Source: an uncultured Alphaproteobacteria bacterium (GTDB lineage: Bacteria; Pseudomonadota; Alphaproteobacteria; Rhodobacterales; Rhodobacteraceae). From it: 64,000 nucleotides of DNA. Of this stretch, positions 1-10,181 are shown in pieces. The translations under genes were made by a program, and so were the position numbers. Location of the stretch: NCBI GenBank assembly GCA_963847935.1, contig CAWKBV010000001.1, positions 602,448 to 666,447 on the forward strand, given 5' to 3'. Each line of letters starts with the position of its first letter. The stretch's first letter is position 1. Below the pieces are notes generated by a model. That model had not been told where the DNA came from. It did no database searches and was given only the letters and a program-made list of their open reading frames with translations.

Positions 1-180
1 AGAAAATGGGCGGAAACTAAGGCCGACAGGTGGCAACATCAGCGCCGATGGTTTCGATTCCGTTGACATTCGGCCACGCGATCGCCATTGCCTTTCCTGC
101 CCTACTTGCCGCACGTGACGGCTGCGCGATAACCGCCCGAGCGCCCGGGCCAGTGAGAGACGCAAGGGATCACACGCGCG

Positions 181-594
181 ATGCGACAGTTCGAGTACAA
201 GGTTTTACCTGCCCCCGACCGGGGTGAGAAAGTGAAGGGCGCGAAGACCTCGGGCGACCGCTACGCGCAGGCGCTCACCGGCGTACTGAATCGCATGGCG
301 CGCGACGGCTGGGACTATGTCCGCGCCGAGATGCTGCCGTCGGAGGAACGCAGCGGTCTGACGCGCCGGACCACCGTCTATCACAACGTTCTCGTTTTCC
401 GCCGTGCGCTCGCCACCGATGCGGAACAGGCGCCCGCGCCGCGCCAACTGACCGCGGACGCGCCAAGCGGCAACGCTCCGCGCGTCGTTGCGACGACAGC
501 CACGACATCTGCGAAGCCTGGGCCGAAAGTTTCGGCCGAGAGCGCGGGTTCGGCGGAGACAAAGGCGGATGGTGAGGGCGACGGCGTCGCATAG
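181..594 (+). CDS. DUF4177 domain-containing protein with Ala/Pro/Thr-rich C-terminal tail
   Basis: 137-aa ORF. N-terminal 'FEYKVLPAP' ... 'DGWDYVRAE' ... 'VLVFRR' pattern typical of DUF4177. Low-complexity tail. Confidence 0.7.
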   Translation: MRQFEYKVLPAPDRGEKVKGAKTSGDRYAQALTGVLNRMARDGWDYVRAEMLPSEERSGLTRRTTVYHNVLVFRRALATDAEQAPAPRQLTADAPSGNAPRVVATTATTSAKPGPKVSAESAGSAETKADGEGDGVA

Positions 595-828
595 CTGTCA
601 ACAGTAGTCGCCGACCGGGAAAACCGTCGCGCGGCCGGAGATCGAGATTTCGGGCCGGACGGCAGTCCGCAGATTGGAATATTACTTAATATTTTCAATA
701 TATTAAGTGCAATTCGCCGACCATTTCGCCACGTCTTGGCCGCGTTGACGCCACATTTCCGCCACTATTTCCTTGCTGCGGGCGCGGGTCCCGGCAAGAT
801 GGGTCCCCATGCCAGGGTGGGGTATGCC

Positions 829-1167
829 ATGTATGAATACAAGTTTCTGCCAGCTCCGAAGCAGGTCAAACGGGGTGAGTTGACCCTGAACGATTCCGAC
901 GCGCTGACACGGACCCTCGACAGCGAGATCAATCTTGTCGTCGGGATCGGATGGGAATTCCTGCGGACCGAACGCGTGCCGGTCAGGCGCCGGTGGCTCT
1001 TTCTGCCGCTGACCCGTCAGCAGGATTTCCTGATCTTCCGCCGGCCATTGACAGAAGCGGAAACACCCTACATCCCCGAGACGCCGTGCGCGCCGTCGGT
1101 TCGCCCGCGCAGGGTACAACTGCGGGGCAGCGCGGCCACGGCGCGGCCCATCGCCGCGCCCGCCTGA
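829..1167 (+). CDS. DUF4177-like protein (paralog of the upstream gene)
   Basis: ATG at 829 gives 'MYEYKFLPAPKQ...GWEFLRTE...FLIFRR', parallel to the ORF at 181-594. The longer ORF from 736 has an implausible N-terminus. Confidence 0.6.
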   Translation: MYEYKFLPAPKQVKRGELTLNDSDALTRTLDSEINLVVGIGWEFLRTERVPVRRRWLFLPLTRQQDFLIFRRPLTEAETPYIPETPCAPSVRPRRVQLRGSAATARPIAAPA

Positions 1168-1170
1168 GCG

Positions 1171-1425
1171 TCAGCCGAGATCCAGCGCCAGTGCATGGAC
1201 CCGCCCCACAAGGCCGGGGCCAAGCGCGGCGTGAACCGCGCGATGCCGCTGAACCCGCGTCATCGGACCGAGCGATGACGCACGCATCACGACCCTGAAG
1301 TGACTTTCGCCGCCGTCCCGGAACCCGGCGTGACCGCGATGCGCCTCGCTTTCGTCAATGATTTCAAGGTGCGTGGGCGCGAAAGCCTTGGTCAGCCGTG
1401 TCCGCATCTCTTCGCTCACTGCCAT
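1171..1425 (-). CDS. bolA: BolA family protein
   Basis: 84-aa ORF 'LEIIDESEAHRGHAG...SHFRVVMRA..F.GM.RVQRHR.V' matches the BolA fold signature. Confidence 0.75.
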   Translation of the reverse strand: MAVSEEMRTRLTKAFAPTHLEIIDESEAHRGHAGFRDGGESHFRVVMRASSLGPMTRVQRHRAVHAALGPGLVGRVHALALDLG

Positions 1426-1509
1426 TTTTCAACTCGCCCCCTTCAAAGCGCCACGAAATGCCCTAAACTGTCCGCCCCGAGTCGAAAAGACAACGGATGA
1501 GGCCAGAGC

Positions 1510-2139
1510 ATGACACGACCCGATCCATTCGGTTTCGACATTTCCGCGAAATCGGACAAGAAAAAGCGCACCAAGGGCCGCCGCGGCATGTCCGGCGCGT
1601 TCGAAACGTCCAGCCGCGCCTGCGACCATCCAGGCTGCGAGGAGGCGGGCCAGTACCGTGCGCCGAAATCGCCGGACCACCTCGACGAGTATTTCTGGTT
1701 CTGCAAGGACCACGTCCGCGAATACAATCTCAAATGGAACTTCTTCCAGGGATCGAATGAGGACGACTTCCAGAAGTTCATGGAGAAGGATCGGGTCTGG
1801 GGGCGCGAGACAAAGCCGTTCGGCAAGCCCGGCACCGAGGACCGGGCCTGGGCGCGGCTCGGCATCGAGGACCCCATGGAGATCCTCGGCGACAAGGCGA
1901 CACAGAATCCCGGCCGGTCGCTGGGCCGCAAACTGCCTCCGACCGAACGCAAGGCGCTGGAAATCCTCGAGGCGAGGGACAGCTGGACCAAGGTCGAGAT
2001 CCGCAAGCAGTACAAGTCCCTGGTCAAGGATCTGCACCCGGACATGAACGGCGGCGACCGCTCCGACGAGGACCGCCTTCAGGAAGTCGTCTGGGCCTGG
2101 GACCAGATCAAGGAAAGCCGGAATTTCCGCGACGCATGA
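1510..2139 (+). CDS. J-domain (DnaJ-like) protein with N-terminal Cys/His cluster
   Basis: C-terminal J domain with HPD tripeptide ('YKSLVKDLHPDMNGGD'). N-terminal 'CDHPGC...FCKDH'. Confidence 0.75.
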   Translation: MTRPDPFGFDISAKSDKKKRTKGRRGMSGAFETSSRACDHPGCEEAGQYRAPKSPDHLDEYFWFCKDHVREYNLKWNFFQGSNEDDFQKFMEKDRVWGRETKPFGKPGTEDRAWARLGIEDPMEILGDKATQNPGRSLGRKLPPTERKALEILEARDSWTKVEIRKQYKSLVKDLHPDMNGGDRSDEDRLQEVVWAWDQIKESRNFRDA

Positions 2140-2143
2140 AGAA

Positions 2144-2168
2144 GCCCGGGAGGTGATGCCTCCCGGGC
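2144..2168. terminator. GC-rich hairpin between convergent genes (J-domain gene / cytochrome c peroxidase)
   Basis: GCCCGGGAGG-tgatg-CCTCCCGGGC, a perfect 10-bp stem. No clean U-run on either strand. Confidence 0.4.
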
Positions 2169-2222
2169 TCCGGTCTGCGGCCCTGGGGTTTGACGGATTG
2201 ACCCGGACCGCCTACCGACCGT

Positions 2223-3518
2223 TCACTCGTCGTCGAGTGTCTTGAGGAAGGCGACGAGATCGGCCTCTTCGTCGGCCGTCAGCTTGAGGTCGCCAAGTTC
2301 GTCCTTGTTCACGGTTGCCGGGATTTCGGCAGAGGGCCAGCAGTTCTGCTGCATTGCCTCGGCCTCCGTCGCCCAGTCATCCTTGCACGCGGGTAACACA
2401 TCGCGGGTGTTGTAGAAGTGCACGACCCCTTCCAGCGTCTTGAAGTAGCCGTTGTGCATATACGCCTTGCGCGCGTCTGCCGTGACGCCCTTGGTCAGGT
2501 TGCGCAGCGTCGGTACCTGCTGCCGGCCCATGTTCTCATCGGCATAGCTTGCATAGACCAGATCGGTCTTGAGAAAGCCGCCCAATCCCGGATCGACGTA
2601 AGCCTTGCCTTCGGGATTGGCGCCAGTCTGCGCGTAGAACGGATTGTCGCGGTTGCGCGGCACGCCGAGATTGTCGAAGGTCCAGTCGGTCAGAACCGCG
2701 GGCCTTCCGGACGTGCTGGGCGTCAGCACATGGCACGCCGCGCAATTTCCCTTCTTCTCGTCCTTGAAGATATTCAAGCCCGCCAGTTCGGTCTTGGACA
2801 ATTCACCGGTTCCGCGCACCCAGTGGTCGTAGCGCGAATCGAACCTGTCCACTTCCGAGGATTTCTCGAAGGCGGAAATTGCCTGCGCGATCTTGCCGAA
2901 GACGTCGTCCACGGCAGCTTCCGTATCCTCGTCGCCGATCTCGATCTTGGCGTCGGGATCGGCGCATTGGGCTGCCAGATCCTCCGGGAACGCAATCTCA
3001 GGCAAGTCCTTCCCCCAGATCGCGGCGAGCATCGCCGGAAAGTCGTTTTCTCCGCGCGGATGCATGACCCGCTCGACGACACAGGCCGCATGCGGCATTC
3101 CCATCTCCAGCGGGTTCAGGAACGGACCTTGTGCCTGATCGGCGGTCGGATTGCCGAGCAGCTTTCCGGTCGCCCTACCGTCCAGGAATGCGCCGCCGAC
3201 AAAGGTGATGTCGCCATCATCGACGATGTGGTGAAGCACCGGGGATTCCGAGGCATATGCCATCGACGGCGGCTTCCGGTTGCCGAAACGCCCTTCGACG
3301 GACCCCTCGACCACCGCGCCGGCGGCGTTGAAATCCGCGTGCGGGCTGGTGAAGCCATGATCCGGATCGTGGCAGGACGAGCAGGACTGGTTTCCATTGA
3401 TCGACAAACTGCTGTCGAAGAACAGAGCCTTGCCCAGAACTTGCTCCGGATCGAGTTGCGCCGCATGTGCGGCAAAAGCGGAACCGAGTCCCGCGACCAT
3501 ACCGAGGATCACCCTCAT
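2223..3518 (-). CDS. di-haem cytochrome c peroxidase family protein (periplasmic)
   Basis: 431-aa ORF with N-terminal signal peptide and two c-type haem motifs (CSSCH and CAACH). Confidence 0.85.
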   Translation of the reverse strand: MRVILGMVAGLGSAFAAHAAQLDPEQVLGKALFFDSSLSINGNQSCSSCHDPDHGFTSPHADFNAAGAVVEGSVEGRFGNRKPPSMAYASESPVLHHIVDDGDITFVGGAFLDGRATGKLLGNPTADQAQGPFLNPLEMGMPHAACVVERVMHPRGENDFPAMLAAIWGKDLPEIAFPEDLAAQCADPDAKIEIGDEDTEAAVDDVFGKIAQAISAFEKSSEVDRFDSRYDHWVRGTGELSKTELAGLNIFKDEKKGNCAACHVLTPSTSGRPAVLTDWTFDNLGVPRNRDNPFYAQTGANPEGKAYVDPGLGGFLKTDLVYASYADENMGRQQVPTLRNLTKGVTADARKAYMHNGYFKTLEGVVHFYNTRDVLPACKDDWATEAEAMQQNCWPSAEIPATVNKDELGDLKLTADEEADLVAFLKTLDDE

Positions 3519-3754
3519 GCCTTACCCCTTTCCTGTCCGACCCACCCGCCGGATCGGTTATCTGATAATTTTTGTCAACTATAAATGTCGACAGCTAGAC
3601 GCCTTCCAAACGCGAAAATTCGCACGCATACGTGATACAACTTTAGTTATATTACACGAAAATAAACGAAAGTGTGATCAGGAATAGCTGCCTGGCGCGT
3701 TACAGTAACCCACGAAAAATTGCCATTGTTGACGGTTGACCGGTATCGGCATGC

Positions 3755-3782
3755 AAAAACCCGCGCCGGTGAGGGCGCGGGT
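3755..3782 (-). terminator. Rho-independent terminator downstream of msrB
   Basis: On the minus strand: ACCCGCGCC-ctcacc-GGCGCGGGT followed by TTTTT, 40 nt after the msrB stop. Confidence 0.7.
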
Positions 3783-3821
3783 CCGAGCGGTGGGGACGCT
3801 CCAATTCGGGAGCGGGCGCTC

Positions 3822-4289
3822 TCAGGCGGGCCGGAAAGTCATCGCCAGTCCGTTCATGCAGTAGCGCTTGCCGGTCGGTTTCGGCCCATCATTGAAGACA
3901 TGCCCGAGATGACCGCCGCAGCGGCGGCAGTGAACCTCGGTTCGGCGGCCGAGAAGGCCCCAATCCGCCTTCGTCTCGACCGCGTTCGGCAGCGGTTCCC
4001 AGAAGGACGGCCAGCCGGTGCCGCTTTCGAATTTCGTCTTCGAGGAATACAGCGCCAGTTCGCAGCCCGCACAGACGAATGTACCTGCCCGGTGCTCGTC
4101 GTTCAGCGGACTGGAGAAGGCCCTTTCGGTATCCTCCTCGCGCAACACGCTGTATTGCGCCGGCGTCAGGAGCTTGCGCCACTCTGCTTCGGTCTTGGTG
4201 ACTTCGAAGGCTTCGGCGGCACGCACCATGCGTGGCCCGAAGGCCAGAGCGGCCGCGCCCGCCATCAAGATATTGCGCCGTGTCGTCAT
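3822..4289 (-). CDS. msrB: peptide-methionine (R)-S-oxide reductase MsrB with twin-arginine signal peptide
   Basis: ATG at 4289 is preceded by GGAGGA. 'MTTRRNILMAGAAALAF..AAEA' is a Tat-type signal. SelR motifs: 'CAGC', 'CRRCGGHLGHVFNDGP', 'RYCMNG'. Confidence 0.85.
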   Translation of the reverse strand: MTTRRNILMAGAAALAFGPRMVRAAEAFEVTKTEAEWRKLLTPAQYSVLREEDTERAFSSPLNDEHRAGTFVCAGCELALYSSKTKFESGTGWPSFWEPLPNAVETKADWGLLGRRTEVHCRRCGGHLGHVFNDGPKPTGKRYCMNGLAMTFRPA

Positions 4290-4539
4290 TGTTCCTCCGA
4301 TCTCCGCCCATGGGGCAATTCGCCGCCAGTATGCCGCGAAAGCATGTTTCAAAGGGTAAAACTTCAGCCGCCCCCACTCGCATTTGCGTGACCGAAAAGG
4401 CGCTTATGCGCGACCCGCGCTCGCCTCGTCCGGTTCTCTTCGGACGCGCGGGAGTGACCAAGCAACGGACCTCCCCTTGAACCCTCCGCCAATCTCCTTC
4501 ATCAAGGCCCGGTGACGCCCGGTACGGGTTCCGGGCGCG

Positions 4540-5532
4540 TTGACCATGGCGGACCCAATGCTCGATCTGAACGCGAAACCGACCGAAGAAATCTCCGTGC
4601 GCGAGGTTTTTGGCATCGATACCGAGATGAAGGTGAAGGGTTTCGCCGAACGGACCGAACGCGTGCCCGACATCGATCCGACCTACAAGTTCGACCCGGA
4701 CACCACCTTGGCCATCCTCGCGGGCTTTGCCTACAACCGCCGTGTGATGATCCAGGGCTACCACGGCACCGGCAAATCGACGCATATCGAGCAAGTCGCG
4801 GCGAACCTGCAATGGCCCTGCGTGCGGGTGAACCTCGACAGCCACATCTCCCGCATCGACCTCATCGGCAAGGACGCGATCAAGCTCCGCGACGGCAAGC
4901 AGGTGACGGAGTTCCACGAGGGCATCCTGCCCTGGGCGCTCCGCAACCCCGTCGCCATCGTCTTCGACGAATACGATGCCGGCCGCGCCGACGTGATGTT
5001 CGTGATCCAGCGGGTGCTCGAACACGACGGCAAGCTGACGCTTCTCGACCAGAACGAGATCATCACGCCGAACCCCTGTTTCCGCCTGTTCGCCACCTCC
5101 AACACCGTCGGCCTTGGCGACACGACCGGCCTGTACCACGGCGTCCAGCAGATCAACCAGGCGCAGATGGACCGCTGGTCGATGGTGGCGACGCTGAATT
5201 ACCTTTCTCACGACGCCGAGACCGCGATCGTGCTGGCCAAGAACCCGCATTACAACACCGACAAGGGCAGGAAGCAGATCGCCCAGATGGTGACGGTCGC
5301 GGACCTGACGCGGACCGCCTTCATGAACGGCGACCTCTCGACCGTCATGTCGCCCCGCACCTGCATCAACTGGGCCCAGAACGCCGAGATCTTCCGCAAC
5401 ATCGGCTATGCGTTCCGGCTCACCTTCCTCAACAAGTGCGACGAGCTGGAACGGCAGACCGTCGCCGAGTTCTACCAGCGCTGCTTCGACGAGGAATTGC
5501 CGGAAAGTGCTGCGAGCCAGAGCATAAGGTGA
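4540..5532 (+). CDS. cobS: cobaltochelatase subunit CobS (AAA+ ATPase)
   Basis: 330-aa ORF with '[13 protein letters not shown]' P-loop and '[13 protein letters not shown]' Walker B. Lies upstream of cobT. Confidence 0.9.
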   Translation: MTMADPMLDLNAKPTEEISVREVFGIDTEMKVKGFAERTERVPDIDPTYKFDPDTTLAILAGFAYNRRVMIQGYHGTGKSTHIEQVAANLQWPCVRVNLDSHISRIDLIGKDAIKLRDGKQVTEFHEGILPWALRNPVAIVFDEYDAGRADVMFVIQRVLEHDGKLTLLDQNEIITPNPCFRLFATSNTVGLGDTTGLYHGVQQINQAQMDRWSMVATLNYLSHDAETAIVLAKNPHYNTDKGRKQIAQMVTVADLTRTAFMNGDLSTVMSPRTCINWAQNAEIFRNIGYAFRLTFLNKCDELERQTVAEFYQRCFDEELPESAASQSIR

Positions 5533-5969
5533 TGGCAGGGCGAGGATTGGCACTTGCAAGCCTGTTATGCTGGTTTGCAAACGTTCAAATCACTCTAGGA
5601 CAATCCGTTGAACTGGTTCCGATCATCGACTCGGTGACTAACGGCGGCTCCACTGCCTATTCACTGCAACGCTGCGCTGCTCTTTTTGATACCATGATGC
5701 GCAACGGCGACAATGGAAAGCTAAGTGCGTCCGAAACCTCGGAACTCAAAAAAGATTACGATCTGTTCGTCGCCATGCTGATTTCCGCTAGTGCGGAAGA
5801 CTTGGGAACTGAAAAATCAGAGTATGACCTGCTATATGAAGTAGGTGGAATATCAGAGCTGTACCAGCAAAGGTTCACGAAGAACGAACTGGCTTCCGGG
5901 CATCCTTGGAAACACGATGCTCTTTGGAACAAAGATCACAACTTGTGTAAGGCGATCGGAAAACAATGA
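5532..5969 (+). CDS. hypothetical small exported protein in a low-GC insert between cobS and cobT
   Basis: ATG at 5532 overlaps the cobS TGA (TGATG), and its TGA overlaps the cobT ATG (ATGA). 145 aa with signal-like '[23 protein letters not shown]'. Hand-counted GC is 43-48% against 60-63% in the flanks. No family recognised. Confidence 0.5.
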   Translation: MAGRGLALASLLCWFANVQITLGQSVELVPIIDSVTNGGSTAYSLQRCAALFDTMMRNGDNGKLSASETSELKKDYDLFVAMLISASAEDLGTEKSEYDLLYEVGGISELYQQRFTKNELASGHPWKHDALWNKDHNLCKAIGKQ

Positions 5970-7834
5970 CCCAACGCTCCGACAACCCCGCTGACCCGTT
6001 CAAGAAGGCGCTCGCCGAGGCCACCAAGACCATGGCGGACGACCCCGAACTTACGGTTTCCTATTCCGTCGATCCGCCGGGCATGGCGGGCGATGCGATA
6101 AGGTTGCCGCAGGTCTCGCGCCGCCTTACCCGCGACGAGGTGCTGATCGCGCGCGGCACGGCCGACGCCTTCGCGCTCCGCCACCGTTATCACAACGAAC
6201 GCGTCGCCTCGAAATACGCGCCGCAGGGCCAGATGGCGCGCGACCTCTACGAGGCGATGGAGACGGCGCGGTGCGAGGCGGTAGGCGCCCGCGACATGCC
6301 CGGCACGCTCGGCAATATCGACGCGAAGATCGGCGCGGAGGCGGAGCGCAGGGGTTACGGCTCCATCCGCCAGGCGCAGGACGCGCCCCTGGCGCAGGCG
6401 GCGGGCTACCTCGTCCGCCACCTCGCCACCGGGCGCAAGATGCCGGGTGCCGCGCAGAACGTCATGGACCTCTGGCGGCCCTTCATGGAGGAGCAGGCGG
6501 GCGGCACGCTCGACCATGTGAAGGACGTCCTCGCCGATCAGGCCGCCTTTGCCCGCCTCGCCCGCCAGGTCATCAAGGACCTCGGCTACGGCGACCAGTT
6601 GGGCGATGACCCCGACATGGAGGACGAGGACGACGGCGACGCAGCCGAGACCGAGGAAGAGGACAGCACCGACAGCCAGGAAGGTCAGGAGGAACCGGAC
6701 GACAGCGAAGCCTCGCCCGAACAGAGCCAGGACCAGCAGGACGACCAGAGCGAGGCGCAGGTCTCCATGGACGAGCTCTCGGACATGGAAGACGGCGAAG
6801 AGGCGGAACTGCCCGAAGGCGAGGCTCCGCTTGAGCCGCCGCCCCCTGCGCCGCATTCCGACGCCGACCCGAACTACACCGTCTATGCCACAGATTTCGA
6901 CGAGGAGATCAAGGCCGAGGACCTCGCCGAACCGGCCGAACTGGAACGCCTGCGTGCTTATCTCGACCAGCAGTTGGAGCCCTTGAAGGGTGCTGTCAGC
7001 CGCCTTGCCAACAAGCTCCAGCGCCGCTTGCAGGCGCAGCAGAACCGCTCCTGGGAATTCGACCGCGAGGAAGGCATCCTTGATGCCGGCCGTCTTGCCC
7101 GCGTCGTGGCCAACCCGACGACGCCCCTGAGCTTTAAGGTCGAGAAGGACACCGAGTTCCGCGATACCTGCGTGACGCTTCTGCTCGACAATTCCGGGTC
7201 GATGCGCGGCCGCCCGATTTCCATCGCCGCGATCTGTGCCGATGTCCTCGCCCGCACGCTCGAACGCTGTCAGGTGAAGGTGGAAATCCTCGGCTTCACC
7301 ACCCGCGCCTGGAAAGGCGGGCAGAGCCGCGAGAAATGGCTGGCCGAGGGCCGTCCGCAGCAGCCGGGGCGGCTCAACGACCTGCGCCACATCATCTACA
7401 AGGGCGCGGATTCGCCCTGGCGGCGGACGCGGCCCAACCTTGGGCTGATGATGAAGGAAGGCCTTCTGAAGGAAAATATCGACGGCGAGGCGCTGGAATG
7501 GGCGCACCGGAGGATGCTCGGCCGACCCGAGCAACGCAAGATCCTGATGGTGATCTCGGACGGCGCGCCGGTCGATGATTCAACCCTGTCCGTCAACCCC
7601 GCGAATTACCTCGAAAAGCACCTCCGCGACGTGATCGCGATGGTGGAGCGCAAGAAGGCGATCGAGCTCATCGCCATCGGCATCGGCCATGACGTGACCC
7701 GCTACTACCAGCGTGCCGTGACCATCACCGATGTCGAACAGCTTGCGGGCGCGATGACCGAACAACTCGCGAGCCTTTTCGACAGCGACCCCCGCGCACG
7801 GGCGCGGGTGATGGGGATCAGGCGCGCGGGTTAG
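5966..7834 (+). CDS. cobT: cobaltochelatase subunit CobT (acidic linker plus vWA domain)
   Basis: 622-aa ORF with a long Asp/Glu-rich centre and a C-terminal vWA MIDAS motif 'LLLDNSGSM'. Confidence 0.9.
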   Translation: MTQRSDNPADPFKKALAEATKTMADDPELTVSYSVDPPGMAGDAIRLPQVSRRLTRDEVLIARGTADAFALRHRYHNERVASKYAPQGQMARDLYEAMETARCEAVGARDMPGTLGNIDAKIGAEAERRGYGSIRQAQDAPLAQAAGYLVRHLATGRKMPGAAQNVMDLWRPFMEEQAGGTLDHVKDVLADQAAFARLARQVIKDLGYGDQLGDDPDMEDEDDGDAAETEEEDSTDSQEGQEEPDDSEASPEQSQDQQDDQSEAQVSMDELSDMEDGEEAELPEGEAPLEPPPPAPHSDADPNYTVYATDFDEEIKAEDLAEPAELERLRAYLDQQLEPLKGAVSRLANKLQRRLQAQQNRSWEFDREEGILDAGRLARVVANPTTPLSFKVEKDTEFRDTCVTLLLDNSGSMRGRPISIAAICADVLARTLERCQVKVEILGFTTRAWKGGQSREKWLAEGRPQQPGRLNDLRHIIYKGADSPWRRTRPNLGLMMKEGLLKENIDGEALEWAHRRMLGRPEQRKILMVISDGAPVDDSTLSVNPANYLEKHLRDVIAMVERKKAIELIAIGIGHDVTRYYQRAVTITDVEQLAGAMTEQLASLFDSDPRARARVMGIRRAG

Positions 7835-7918
7835 GGGCGCTTGCCCCCGACCCCGTATCGCGGCAAGGTGGCGGCACGGGCGCCTCAAGGGGCGTCCTTT
7901 TCGTGAAAGGTCCGCCCG

Positions 7919-9728
7919 ATGTTCCAGAGTTTCGAGACGACATCAAACCCCGAACAGGGGCCGCCACGGCTCGCGGCCCTGCGCGAGGTTCTGGCGAAAG
8001 CGGGTTTCGAGGGCTTCATCGTGCCTCGCGCGGACGCCCATCAGGGGGAGTATGTCGCGCCGTCAGACGAACGGCTGTCCTGGCTCACCGGCTTCACCGG
8101 ATCGGCGGGGTTTTGCATCGTCCTGCCGAAACGGGCGGGCGTCTTCATCGACGGGCGCTATCGAACTCAGGTGAAGGCGCAGATCGACCTCGACGCCTTC
8201 ACCGCGGTGAACTGGCCCGAGGTGAAGCCCGCCGACTGGCTGAAAGAACATCTGCCCGAGGGCGGGCGGATCGCCTTCGATCCCTGGCTGCATACCGGCA
8301 AGGAGATCGGCGACCTTGAAGCCGCGCTTGACGGCTCGGGCATCGCGCTCTGCCCGTCCGACAACTTCGTCGATGCCGTCTGGGCTGACCGCCCCGCCCC
8401 GCCGCTTGGCCCGGTCAGCGTGCAGCCACTCGACCATGCGGGCGAAAGTGCCGCCGACAAATGCGCCCGTCTCGCGGCGGATCCTTAGGGCGGCCGGGCA
8501 GGCGGCGACAGTACTGACGCTGCCGGACTCGATTTCCTGGCTTCTGAACATCCGCGGCGCGGATATCGAGCGGAACCCGGTCGTGCAGGCCTTCGCGATC
8601 CTGCATGACACGGCCCGCGTCACGCTCTTCGTCGCACCCGAGAAGCTCGACGACGCGGTCCGCGCGCAGCTTGGTCCCGACGTGACGCTCCGCCCGCCTT
8701 CGGCCTTTGCACCGGCACTCCGCACGCTGCGCGGGCCCGTCCGGGTCGACGCTGCGACCGCGCCGATCGAAGTCATGCGGGAACTGGACGAGACCGGCAT
8801 CCCCGTCACGAACGCCCCCGATCCCTGCCTGCTGCCGAAAGCACGCAAGAACGCCGCCGAGATCGCCGGAATGCAGGAAGCCCATCTTCGCGATGGGGCC
8901 GCGATGGTCGAGTTTCTCGCCTGGCTCGATGCGGCGGCACCGGAGGGCGGGCTGACCGAGATCGACGTGGTGACAAAGCTCGAGGGCTTTCGCCGTGCCA
9001 GCAATGCGCTGAAAGAGATCAGCTTCGAGACGATCTGCGGCAGCGGCCCCAACGGTGCTGTGATCCACTACCGGGTCACCCGCGACACCAACCGGACCCT
9101 CCAACCCGGCGAGATCGTGGTGATCGATTCCGGAGGCCAGTACGTTGATGGCACGACCGACATCACCCGCACCGTCGCCATCGGTCCGGTGGACCCGGAG
9201 GCGAAGGCCGCCTTCACCCGCGTCCTGCAAGGCATGATCGGCATATCCCGGCTGCGCTGGCCGAAGGGCCTCACGGGTGCCCATCTCGACGCCATCGCGC
9301 GCTATCCGCTCTGGCTCGCCGGGCAGGACTACGACCACGGCACCGGCCATGGCGTCGGCTGCTACCTTTCAGTGCACGAAGGCCCGCAGCGCCTCAGCCG
9401 CGCGACAGACGTGCCTTTGGAACAAGGCATGGTGCTTTCCAACGAACCGGGTTACTACCGCGAAGGCGCCTTCGGCATCAGGATCGAAAACCTCGTTCTC
9501 GTGCGCCAGGCGTCCGACCTTCCCGGTGGCGATGCGCATCGCAAGATGCTTTCGTTCGAAACCCTGACCTGGGTGCCCATAGACCGGCGGCTGATCGATA
9601 CCGACGCATTGTCGGGGGCCGAGCGCGACTGGCTCAACGCCTACCACGCCGAGGTCTTTTCCCGCATCGGGCCGCGCGTGTCCGAAAGCGCCTGCAACTG
9701 GCTGGCCTCCATAACCGGCCCGCTTTGA
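7919..9728 (+). pseudogene. pepP: Xaa-Pro aminopeptidase (M24B, aminopeptidase P family), frame broken near 8465-8490
   Basis: The N-terminal domain is in the ORF at 7919-8488. The remainder ('LPDSISWLLNIRGADI...', 'HGTGHGVG', 'NEPGYY') is in the ORF frame starting at 8316. The span is 3n+1 nt. Confidence 0.8.
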
Positions 9729-9785
9729 CACGAAGCTGTCACGCGGCAGGTTAAAATGGGCCGCCGCCCCAAGAAGGAGACGACG

Positions 9786-10127
9786 ATGGCTGACCACATC
9801 CGCATCCGCCCGGCCGAAGGCACCTGGAGCGTGCGCGCGGGCGACGCGATCCTCGCCGAAACGGCGCGCGCGCTGGAACTGACCGAGGGGGACTATCCTG
9901 CGGTGATCTACTTCCCGCGCGAGGATGTCGCGATGGCCTTCTTCGATCAAAGTGCGCGGACCTCTGCCTGCCCCTGGAAGGGCGAGGCGGAGTATTTTAC
10001 GATTGCAGCGAAAAGCGGGCCGATCACCGATGCCGCCTGGAGCTATCCCACCCCAAAGGCCGGGGTGGCCGCGATCGCAGGACATATCGCCTTCTATCCC
10101 GACAAGGCCACGATCGAACGCATCTGA
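9786..10127 (+). CDS. DUF427 domain-containing protein
   Basis: 'MADHIRI...' start with GGAG upstream. Characteristic 'CPWKGEAEYF' motif. Confidence 0.75.
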   Translation: MADHIRIRPAEGTWSVRAGDAILAETARALELTEGDYPAVIYFPREDVAMAFFDQSARTSACPWKGEAEYFTIAAKSGPITDAAWSYPTPKAGVAAIAGHIAFYPDKATIERI

Positions 10128-10181
10128 CGCCAGTTCTGCCGCAAAGACCTGACTCGCTTTCGCGGAAACCCTTGGGGCCGC

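Noticed and set aside
3584-3596. An 11-mer ATGTCGACAGC is shared by the ccp promoter (3586-3596) and the mraZ promoter (42946-42956).
   Set aside because: In a 64-kb window, many 11-mer coincidences are expected by chance. Neither the flanks nor the spacing match.
4353-4539. A possible cobalamin riboswitch upstream of cobS.
   Set aside because: I found no B12-box-like element or recognisable riboswitch core by eye. Only an Infernal scan could settle it.
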